A program made the position numbers and the translations under genes. Below the pieces are notes generated by a model, which was not told where the DNA came from, did not search any database, and worked only from the letters and a program-made list of their open reading frames with translations. A DNA stretch of 63,951 nt, the filler included. It is 4 parts of 4 records of this genome, joined end to end, with 100 filler letters (N's around TTAATTAATTAA, not from the genome) between each part and the next. Parts side by side here need not be neighbours in the genome. Positions count along the whole stretch, not along the records: positions 33,702 to 58,781 come from SRR22947727_3434; positions 58,882 to 63,951 come from SRR22947727_4313; 2 more parts are not named here. One strand, given 5' to 3'. Positions 56,430-63,951 of this stretch are shown here, in pieces (within the stretch, counting starts at the first letter, position 1; every line of letters begins with the position of its first letter).

Positions 56430-56632
56430 TACATACGCTCCTCATCATCAATATCATCCATGTCGATTCTAGTGTCAGGATCGTTTTTATCTGAGTAGAT
56501 ATACCCGCCAGACTTATACTGGCGTACTTTACGTTGGGCCATACCACTGGTGTCCATCTTCGGATTGTCCGAATAGACTACGTAAGGTTTACCTTCACAG
56601 CCACAACCACATGGCATCCCGTTTTTATTCAT
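56429..56632 (-). CDS. Small phage protein with CGCGC and YKSGG motifs
   Basis: RBS AGGAG before MNKNG. Confidence 0.65.
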   Translation of the reverse strand: MNKNGMPCGCGCEGKPYVVYSDNPKMDTSGMAQRKVRQYKSGGYIYSDKNDPDTRIDMDDIDDEERM

Positions 56633-56664
56633 ACTCACACTCCTGCAGTAAGTGTACACTTTTA

Positions 56665-56693
56665 TTTATACATGGCAATAAGTTCTTACGCAA
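56665..56693 (-). promoter_or_regulatory. Sigma70-like promoter for the structural operon
   Basis: TTGCGT-N17-TATAAA on the minus strand. Confidence 0.55.
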
Positions 56694-56695
56694 GT

Positions 56696-56734
56696 AAAGA
56701 AAATACCCCCTACGGGGACAATCCGTAGAGGGTA
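56696..56734 (-). terminator. Terminator downstream of terL
   Basis: TACCCTCTACGG...CCGTAGGGGGTA hairpin followed by TTTTCTTT. Confidence 0.7.
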
Positions 56735-56779
56735 AGTTTAGGTAACTATGAAGGATGTCTCAATGACACTAACAATATA

Positions 56780-58165
56780 TCAAGTCCAACCTGATGCCGC
56801 AACCCTTTTAACTTCCCGCCGCATAGGCATGAAAGAACCCTCACCAGCTGTCGCTACGTGTAACATAAAGTATTGTAAAGCTTCAGCTACGTGAGAATGG
56901 TTATTCTTGTCGATGTTACCATTCTTATGGTGGAACCTATACCCACCCATCATAGCTGCTTTAAGTTGTGAGCATTTAGGGTCAAGTAGGAACGCGCTAT
57001 CGCCGTCCACATGACGCATAAGATAATCATCTACTGAAGACAATCTTGCTGACACATTGTTTGTTTTTGCCGGTATGACCCTAAACCCTTCGGCTTTAAT
57101 GATGTCTACCGCTGAGCGTTCGTCTGTCTGGGCACGTTGAATACCAGCTGGGTCAACGACCACAAGGATTGGCGCACCGCTAAACCGTTCGTATACCATA
57201 GGTTTGAGAATCGTGCGGACGAATCTCTGAACCCCCATGTCAAAGGACACTGCCTCATCAAGAATTAGGACTCGCCCGCGAGGGTCTTGTTGTCCGATAA
57301 CTGCTGCTGGGGTCAACCCCAAATCCATGCCAATAACGATAGGACGCACCCCATTGAGAATAGGACGCAAAGTCTCTCCAGCCATGTGATAGTCCGGTCT
57401 GAAATACTTATAGACTGGCTGACCTGCGGAGCTGAGTCCGTACTCTCCATCAATGAAGACCCGTATATATTCTTCGCTGCGCCCTTGGGTGTCATAATAT
57501 CCATCTGGTAAGTTCTCCACATTTTCTGCAAAAGTGCTACGTCCGGACGGTTGCTTAAATACATCCCACCCGTTGTCATTATAACTGACGCCGTCCTTAG
57601 CGTCTAAATGCTCCATCTGATAATACCACCATGTGTCCATAGTCGGGGGGTTAGTGTCACCCCACATACCATGCCACGATGGCCCGCCGTCTTTTTTAGA
57701 AGGAAAACGCCCAATACGTTTAGACATCGCGTCTACGATCTCGGCGTTGATATCCCTACACTCGTTGAACCACGCGAAGGTAAGCTCAAGAGAGTTAAGG
57801 TTCGCCACATCGTCAGCATCATCGAGCGCACGAAACATAATCTCGCACTCAACATCGCCAACCTTAAAGAAGTATGTCTTGGTTGTCCGCATGAACTGGC
57901 CGCACACCCCAGGTGGGAACCAATCAAGAAATGTTTTAATTGTAGTATCTGTCAGCTGGCGTACAGTCTCACGCACAACAGCGCACCGCGATTTACGTAT
58001 GCCCTGTTCGTTCGGCTCCTGCGCACTCGCCCGACGCACAATCTCAAAACAACTTGCAACAGATTTACCAGACCCAACCGGCCCCATCAGTACGCGCATC
58101 TTAGAGTCCGACTGCATAAACTTCGCTGCAGTTCGTGATGGTGTAAAGTTAATATCTAATGCCAT
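56780..58165 (-). CDS. terL: Terminase large subunit
   Basis: Walker A GPVGSGKS, Walker B-like FAWFNE, DTNPP, nuclease GMDLG, SHVAEALQY. Confidence 0.93.
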   Translation of the reverse strand: MALDINFTPSRTAAKFMQSDSKMRVLMGPVGSGKSVASCFEIVRRASAQEPNEQGIRKSRCAVVRETVRQLTDTTIKTFLDWFPPGVCGQFMRTTKTYFFKVGDVECEIMFRALDDADDVANLNSLELTFAWFNECRDINAEIVDAMSKRIGRFPSKKDGGPSWHGMWGDTNPPTMDTWWYYQMEHLDAKDGVSYNDNGWDVFKQPSGRSTFAENVENLPDGYYDTQGRSEEYIRVFIDGEYGLSSAGQPVYKYFRPDYHMAGETLRPILNGVRPIVIGMDLGLTPAAVIGQQDPRGRVLILDEAVSFDMGVQRFVRTILKPMVYERFSGAPILVVVDPAGIQRAQTDERSAVDIIKAEGFRVIPAKTNNVSARLSSVDDYLMRHVDGDSAFLLDPKCSQLKAAMMGGYRFHHKNGNIDKNNHSHVAEALQYFMLHVATAGEGSFMPMRREVKRVAASGWT

Positions 58166-58302
58166 TTGCCAAACGCTCCCCGCCTAGCATTCCTATAACT
58201 ACGTGTACGCTTAGCCGCGTCTCGCCCAGCAGCAGTCGTATCAATATACAACGTCCTGTGCTTTATACGCTGCAGCTCCAGCGCAAATTCTTCTACTGTC
58301 AT
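58156..58302 (-). CDS. Small phage hypothetical protein
   Basis: MTVEEFALEL...; overlaps the terL start. Confidence 0.5.
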   Translation of the reverse strand: MTVEEFALELQRIKHRTLYIDTTAAGRDAAKRTRSYRNARRGAFGKWH

Positions 58303-58315
58303 GTTGGCCGCGTTC

Positions 58316-58603
58316 TTACCCGTGCCATCCCATCTTATTAGCATATGACTCGTACTCATCTAAATGTGTTATATCCCCACAATACTTACACCACTGGTAC
58401 TCTATAGTGTTCTCCCCGCAATGCGGACACTGCTCAGACACTTCAGTTTGAGCAAGCAGAAGATCAACATTATCAAGAAGTATTACTGCGTAAGGTTCTT
58501 GTACAGACTTCTTTCTTCGGATCTTCTGCTTATAACGTACGTTTAACTGCGACAAAACTGCCGCGCACCGTTCGCACTCATCCAGTGTTGAGAAGGTTGC
58601 CAT
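58316..58603 (-). CDS. Zinc-ribbon phage protein
   Basis: CPHC...CKYC; purine-rich RBS before MATFS. Confidence 0.62.
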   Translation of the reverse strand: MATFSTLDECERCAAVLSQLNVRYKQKIRRKKSVQEPYAVILLDNVDLLLAQTEVSEQCPHCGENTIEYQWCKYCGDITHLDEYESYANKMGWHG

Positions 58604-58781
58604 CTTCTGCCCCTTCTCCTTTTGTGTAAACTTCGTCAATAGGTTCGTGATCAACGACAGTCGCTGGGAAGTCTTGACCTCCGAGGTTAATTGTAATTTT
58701 AACTCCGCCACTTGCACCCTCCGCGTTTACTTCGTTCTTAGGCTCTAAGCCGCCCCACTTCCCAGCCTTTACGACTGGCTG
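58578..58781 (-). CDS. Probable terminase small subunit, C-terminal fragment
   Basis: Open frame from the contig end reading KWGGLEPK...GGVKITINLGG; position upstream of terL. Confidence 0.55.
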   Translation of the reverse strand, partial: QPVVKAGKWGGLEPKNEVNAEGASGGVKITINLGGQDFPATVVDHEPIDEVYTKGEGAEDGNLLNTG

Positions 58782-58881
58782 NNNNNNNNNNNNNNNNNNN
58801 NNNNNNNNNNNNNNNNNNNNNNNNNTTAATTAATTAANNNNNNNNNNNNNNNNNNNNNNNNNNNNNNNNNNNNNNNNNNNN
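58782..58881. other. Artificial contig-joining spacer
   Basis: N44-TTAATTAATTAA-N44. Confidence 0.99.
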
Positions 58882-59214
58882 AAATTGATTTGTTAGCTCG
58901 TATAGTTGTATCCAAAGTTCTTTATTCTTAACAGGTTCTTTCTTTGAAGTTTGCCAATTATTTTTTATCCATTTATGCACCCATTCAGTAATTCCTAATC
59001 TTACATATTGTGAGTCTGTATAGATTTCAATTTGATCATTTTGTTTAATTTGTTTTAGAGCCATAATAGGAGCCATCAATTCCATTTTATTATTTGTAGT
59101 GTCTTTTACGCTCCCACTAATTTCTTTGACTTCACCATTTTGGTTTATAATTGCAGCCCAACCACCATTACCGGGGTTATTTAAACATGATCCATCTGTA
59201 TAAATTTTAATCAT
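58882..59214 (-). CDS. rnhA: Ribonuclease HI (3'-truncated)
   Basis: YTDGSCLNNPG, TTNNKMEL, TDSQY, VKNKELW. Confidence 0.95.
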
Positions 59215-60182
59215 TACTTATAATAATCTTTATAGTGACCAAGATTATTGTGAATAATTAATTTTTGTAAATATTCCATAGGGTCTTTTATTTTAATCAA
59301 AGCAGTTTTTGGAGTGTTAAAATAATCATATATCCTTGTTAAAAGATATCGTAATGCAGCACCTCTACACATTACATTTAGTGCATCTTTTTCTTTTTTA
59401 GATAAAGTTCTTATACTTTCATATCCATTAATTAAGTTTTTAATCTTACTACTATTCATTACAAACTTATTTTTTTTTTTATCAAAACATAAAGCATTAA
59501 TGCAGATTGCAATTTCATATATCAAATAGTCATTAGATGAAAAATAAAAATCAATAAAACCTGAAAATTTATTTTTATTAAAAAAAATATTATCTATAAA
59601 AAGATCCCCATGAATAATTCCTTGAGGTAGATTCTTGGGCCATTTATTTTTGATATCTTTTAGACACAGGTTGAGCGTGTTTTTAAGATTAGGTGTAATT
59701 TGATTAGATTTAAATTTTATAGTTTTCAACAAATCATTAAGTCTATGTATCGACATAGAATTTTGCCTATATAATTTTAATTTTGTAGTAACTTTATGAA
59801 ATTTTGCAATATTTTTTCCCACATCAAAACAGTTTTTATTGTTAAGGATTGTTTTATCTTTGCCTTCTAAAAAAGTTACAATACAGGCTGATTTTGTTTT
59901 AATATTGGTTATATGTGTTCCTTTTTTAGTTCTTAAAGGTTTTGGACAAATAATTTTTTTTTTATTTAGTTTTTCCATTAAGCTCATAAAAAAAGGTAAA
60001 TCCTTTTTCTGAACTCTTTTTTCAAAAATAGTTAAAATAAGTTTTTTTGTATTTGTTTTTAGTAAGTAGTTTGTATTTTCTATTCCTTTTTTAATTCCTT
60101 CAGATTTTATTATTTTTCCTAATTTATAATCTCTACTTAGAGATAGAAGGTTTTTACTATTTATTTTAGTGTATACAGCCAT
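59214..60182 (-). CDS. thrB: Homoserine kinase type II
   Basis: MAVYT, GIENTNY, IHGDLFIDN, IDFYF, KDPMEY. Confidence 0.95.
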   Translation of the reverse strand: MAVYTKINSKNLLSLSRDYKLGKIIKSEGIKKGIENTNYLLKTNTKKLILTIFEKRVQKKDLPFFMSLMEKLNKKKIICPKPLRTKKGTHITNIKTKSACIVTFLEGKDKTILNNKNCFDVGKNIAKFHKVTTKLKLYRQNSMSIHRLNDLLKTIKFKSNQITPNLKNTLNLCLKDIKNKWPKNLPQGIIHGDLFIDNIFFNKNKFSGFIDFYFSSNDYLIYEIAICINALCFDKKKNKFVMNSSKIKNLINGYESIRTLSKKEKDALNVMCRGAALRYLLTRIYDYFNTPKTALIKIKDPMEYLQKLIIHNNLGHYKDYYK

Positions 60183-61127
60183 CTAATTTAATTTTGCAGG
60201 AACTTTAAAAACAATATTTTCTTTGATAATCTCAACTTCTTCAATTTTTATTTTAAAATTATCTTTTAATTTATTTATGAAATTTTCAACTAGAATTTCA
60301 GGTGCTGATGCACCAGAAGAAATACCGATTGTTTTACAATTTTGTATTTTTTCAAAAGGAATTTCACTTTCAGAGTGAATTAATTCAGCGTGTGGGCAGC
60401 CAGCTTGTTCTGCTACCTCAACTAAACGAACTGAATTTGAGGAATTTCTACTTCCTAAAACAAAAAACATATCGCATTGTTTGGCAATATTTTTAACAGC
60501 TGATTGACGATTAGTGGTTGCGTAGCAAATATCCTCTTTAAATGGTTCTTTAATTTGTGGAAATTTTTTTTTAAGCGCTTTTATTATATTTTTAGTATCA
60601 TCAACTGACAGAGTTGTTTGAGTAACATATGCAATTTTTTTATTATCATCCAATTCATATAATTCAACATCATGCTCATCTTGGATCAAATCAATCGTAT
60701 TTTCTGGTAATTGCCCCATAGTACCAATAACTTCTGGATGATTGTTATGACCTATAAGAACAATATGGTAACCAGCTTTGTTAAGGTTTTCTGCTTCTCT
60801 ATGAACTTTTGAAACAAGAGGACAGGTAGCGTCTATGTATTCCATATTATAGCCATTAGCTTCTAGAGGTACTGATTTTGGTACACCGTGTGCAGAAAAA
60901 ATTACTGGTCTAGTTTTATCCTCAACTTCTTCTAACTCTTCAACAAAAATTGCACCAATTGCTTTAAGACTGTCTACTACATGTTTATTGTGAACTATTT
61001 CATGTCGCACATAAACTGGTGCACCATATTTTTTTATACTTTTTTGAACTATCTCTATTGCTCTTTCTACACCAGCACAAAAACCTCTTGGAGCAGATAA
61101 CAATACTTTAATTTCTCTATTTTTCAT
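60183..61127 (-). CDS. ispH: 4-hydroxy-3-methylbut-2-enyl diphosphate reductase
   Basis: PRGFCAGV, DATCPLV, ICYATTNRQ, SSNS. Confidence 0.97.
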   Translation of the reverse strand: MKNREIKVLLSAPRGFCAGVERAIEIVQKSIKKYGAPVYVRHEIVHNKHVVDSLKAIGAIFVEELEEVEDKTRPVIFSAHGVPKSVPLEANGYNMEYIDATCPLVSKVHREAENLNKAGYHIVLIGHNNHPEVIGTMGQLPENTIDLIQDEHDVELYELDDNKKIAYVTQTTLSVDDTKNIIKALKKKFPQIKEPFKEDICYATTNRQSAVKNIAKQCDMFFVLGSRNSSNSVRLVEVAEQAGCPHAELIHSESEIPFEKIQNCKTIGISSGASAPEILVENFINKLKDNFKIKIEEVEIIKENIVFKVPAKLN

Positions 61128-62055
61128 TTTTTTCTAAAAGATACTCAAGCAATATATGAGGAAAGGTTAAGGACGCCAAACCAATAAATATAACTTTATA
61201 TATTGCCTCGTTTACTAGGTAGTGATTTGAAAGAAAATATAAGCTTAACAAATAGAAAATAGCAGTCAAAATTGTCAAAGGTGCAGCTTTTTTGATAAAA
61301 ATTAATAGTCCATTATTAAAATTATATTTATCTAATTCAGTAATTAAAGAGAGAGAATGCCTAAAAGAATGCAAAAAGCAAAAATATAATGTGAAGGCGA
61401 CCAAAGGTGCAAAGAAGTAATTTAAAATTAAAATTGAAGTGAAGTCAAAAAATATTAATAAATTAACTATTTTGAAACCTATTAAAAAAAAATAAATATT
61501 TGTGAGTAAGGAGATTAAAAAAATAAAAGAAATTATATAATTATTTTCTATAAAATTTAAAAATAAATAAAAACTTTCATTTTGTATTAATAATAATTTA
61601 AAAATATTGATTGTTTCAACAAAATGAAACATTAAGGGTGCAATAATAATTAATATTCCTTTTAGAAAATAAAGAATTATATTTATGTTAGATTTTTTAG
61701 TTATTAGAAATTCTGTATCTTCTTTACCAAAATGATAGGCAGCAACAATTAAAAAAATGATCAGTGATAAAGTTGGTGCAAGCAACCAAATAGTAATTAT
61801 AGTAGCAGCAATTGTTAAATAAATTAAGTAAAAATAATAAATATTATTAATATTATATAATTTTATCAGTCTTTTACCTTTTTGATTGTCCAATGCACCA
61901 TGTGAGATTCCAATTGATAGGATTAGTAATAGACAAATAATTGGAGATATAGACAGACTTTTAAATTGATCAAAAATAAGAGCAAGTGAAGTAGAAAAAA
62001 ATAAAAAAATAATAGAATGAAAGAAATTAATTTTTTTAATTTGATTATTTATCAT
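61117..62055 (-). CDS. blh: Brp/Blh beta-carotene 15,15'-dioxygenase
   Basis: GISHGALD, YHFG, FCFLHSFRH, LTFPH; multi-TM. Confidence 0.94.
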   Translation of the reverse strand: MINNQIKKINFFHSIIFLFFSTSLALIFDQFKSLSISPIICLLLILSIGISHGALDNQKGKRLIKLYNINNIYYFYLIYLTIAATIITIWLLAPTLSLIIFLIVAAYHFGKEDTEFLITKKSNINIILYFLKGILIIIAPLMFHFVETINIFKLLLIQNESFYLFLNFIENNYIISFIFLISLLTNIYFFLIGFKIVNLLIFFDFTSILILNYFFAPLVAFTLYFCFLHSFRHSLSLITELDKYNFNNGLLIFIKKAAPLTILTAIFYLLSLYFLSNHYLVNEAIYKVIFIGLASLTFPHILLEYLLEKNEK

Positions 62056-63121
62056 TTTTAAAAAATATTTTGATAAAAAGCCATTTAGGCATTTTGAGTA
62101 TTATAAATAAATCTTGTAATAAACTACTTTTATTAGACAAAAATTTAATAATTGTCTCAGGTGAATTGCTAAACATATCAAAAAATATATTTGCCATTTT
62201 TTCAGGATGGTAATTAAGAACTTTTAAAAATATTTCGTCCAAAAATTTATATTTTTTATTAATTTCATATCTTTTACTCTCTTTGATAGTGTGAATATTT
62301 TTTCTTATGTATTTGCTCTGCTCTTGTATATTTAAAAAGGTATAACCAGTACTCAATCTAGTCATTCCCCCAGCAGTACCTATATTCATTTTATTTCTTT
62401 CATTAGCAACTGTGGGATGAAATAATGGGATTGCACCTACTTCGCTATAGTTAACCTTATAATCTCTGATATTAAGATGATTTCTTATATAATTTTTTAA
62501 TTGTTCATCATAATCTTTTAAAGAATCATTTTTTATCTTAGATAACCAAGTAGTTTCAATTAAAGCTTTATTTTTTGTGTAAGGTAATGTGTAAAAAAAA
62601 TGAACACTATCACGTTGATCACAATCAAAATCCATCAAATTGAAAATTTCATCATCAAATACGTTTTTTTTAGTTTCAATCTCAATACCTTTAAAATGTT
62701 GCCAGAGCTTATCCTCTTTAGAATCCAGTTGAGGAACGCTATTAAAAATAAAAGCACTATTTAGGTCTATTTCATTAGTATTTTTGTAAAAGCTAATATT
62801 TTTATTTTTTTTTAATCGTGTATTTATTTTTTCATAAAATAAACCACTATCTATAGCTTCATAAGGTAATCTGTTGCACTCTAAAAATTTTGTTTTTCCA
62901 GGTATATTTATTGAAAAATTATTCCAACTTTTCTGAACACAGTCTTGAAAGTTATGATCTATAGTTCTCCAATAAGACCAGGTCTTATCTCTTTTGTATT
63001 CTAATCGTGGCTCTACAATTGCTAAAGTTGCATCTTTTAGTTTGTTATGAAGATCCAGCTCATACGCAAGTGACAATCCTGCACATCCACCTCCAATTAT
63101 GATATAATCAAATTCTTTCAT
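62045..63121 (-). CDS. crtY: Lycopene beta-cyclase
   Basis: GGGCAGLSLA, DKTWSYW, LMDF, EVGAIP, STGYTF. Confidence 0.9.
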   Translation of the reverse strand: MKEFDYIIIGGGCAGLSLAYELDLHNKLKDATLAIVEPRLEYKRDKTWSYWRTIDHNFQDCVQKSWNNFSINIPGKTKFLECNRLPYEAIDSGLFYEKINTRLKKNKNISFYKNTNEIDLNSAFIFNSVPQLDSKEDKLWQHFKGIEIETKKNVFDDEIFNLMDFDCDQRDSVHFFYTLPYTKNKALIETTWLSKIKNDSLKDYDEQLKNYIRNHLNIRDYKVNYSEVGAIPLFHPTVANERNKMNIGTAGGMTRLSTGYTFLNIQEQSKYIRKNIHTIKESKRYEINKKYKFLDEIFLKVLNYHPEKMANIFFDMFSNSPETIIKFLSNKSSLLQDLFIILKMPKWLFIKIFFKNDK

Positions 63122-63950
63122 TTAAATCTATTTCTTCATTGATTAAAAGATGCTCTTTATTTCTAAGGTGGTTTTTTTCATTTATAAATATGAGTTTTAT
63201 CAAGTCTAATATAGATAGAAATGTTTGGTACAACTTGCCTAAATTAGATACATAGATTTTTCCACTTCTATTATAATTATATATATTTTCTTTATGTAAA
63301 ATTTTAGCACCAATTTTTCTATAAATTCTTCTAGCAACAAGTATTGCAAACCTAAACCTAAAAGGAATTTCTTTTATAGAGGCAAAGGAGCTTTCGTAGA
63401 ACAAATCAGCCATACTTAATATATTCTTTATAGTCTCGAAGTCATGATTAATATAAAATCTATTATTATTCATATCCTCAATTACATCTCTTGAAATATT
63501 TGTTAATTGCATTGCAATACCAAGATCTATTGCTGATTTCATGGAGTTTTTATTTTGTACACCTAAAATTTTTGCCATCATTAAGCCTACAGTTCCAGCA
63601 ACCCTATAAGAGTATATTAACAATTCTTTTTTTTTGTTAAATTTAACTACCTCATTTAAATCAGACTCAATACCATCAAATAAATCTTCAATAATCTTGA
63701 TTGAAATTTTATTTTCCTCCATAAGGATCCACATATTTTTTATTATCAAATTATCAAAATTTTTATTTATAAAATCATTCTTAAAAATTAGTAAATTTTT
63801 CTTTTTAATATTTAGTTCATTTTTATCATCAGCAATATTATCTATTGTTCGACAAAAATCATAAAGAGATGAGCATTTTTCATAAATATTTTTTGGTAAA
63901 AAAAAACCTGCCCAGTTAAAAGACTTGGCATAAATAGATAAATAATTGTT
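63108..63950 (-). CDS. crtB: Phytoene synthase (5' end beyond the window)
   Basis: Frame open to the window end: AKSFNWAG, FCRTIDNIADD, YSYRVAGTVG, MQLTNISRDV. Confidence 0.93.
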   Translation of the reverse strand, partial: NNYLSIYAKSFNWAGFFLPKNIYEKCSSLYDFCRTIDNIADDKNELNIKKKNLLIFKNDFINKNFDNLIIKNMWILMEENKISIKIIEDLFDGIESDLNEVVKFNKKKELLIYSYRVAGTVGLMMAKILGVQNKNSMKSAIDLGIAMQLTNISRDVIEDMNNNRFYINHDFETIKNILSMADLFYESSFASIKEIPFRFRFAILVARRIYRKIGAKILHKENIYNYNRSGKIYVSNLGKLYQTFLSILDLIKLIFINEKNHLRNKEHLLINEEIDLNERI

Positions 63951-63951
63951 T

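Larger units (their letters stand above)
33702..58781 (-). mobile_element. Tailed phage (podovirus-type) packaging, morphogenesis and lysis region
   Basis: Co-oriented, tightly overlapping genes: terL, portal, scaffold, MCP, fibres, endolysin, ejection proteins; no tape measure or sheath seen. Confidence 0.95.

Noticed and set aside
58882-63951. Phage-encoded carotenoid or retinal auxiliary genes
   Set aside because: Separate, much more AT-rich contig carrying bacterial core genes

Overview
This window is not one genome. It is four unrelated contigs joined by artificial 100-nt spacers (N44-TTAATTAATTAA-N44, stops in all six frames) at 15283-15382, 33602-33701 and 58782-58881. (1) 1-15282: marine alphaproteobacterial core genes, SAR116-like by inference (Sua5/tsaC, SRAP, AlkA-like glycosylase, cytochrome b and c', acetoacetate-CoA ligase, gor, class II DAHP synthase, pncB, nadE, gltX). 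(2) 15383-33601: marine gammaproteobacterial DNA, NOR5/OM60-like by inference (scoAB, an Fe(III) ABC transporter with a Fur box, crotonase, SDR, GST-like protein, RND pump, 3' end of tRNA-Ala). It also holds a second Fur box followed by a candidate PrrF-like sRNA. (3) 33702-58781: a 25-kb packaging, morphogenesis and lysis region of a podovirus-type phage, all on the minus strand (terS fragment, terL, portal, scaffold, MCP, adaptors, two paralogous tail fibres, GH108 endolysin and holin, tail nozzle, ejection proteins with an SLT domain). (4) 58882-63951: AT-rich SAR11-like DNA (crtB-crtY-blh-ispH-thrB-rnhA). The best leads are the candidate iron-regulated sRNA, a recurrent [FYM]xxGGx[VI] motif shared by otherwise unrelated phage proteins, a cassette of three basic Cys-containing microproteins after the capsid genes (one missed by the ORF track), and an EF-hand membrane protein in the lysis region. 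All family and taxon assignments come from motif recognition by eye, not from database searches.
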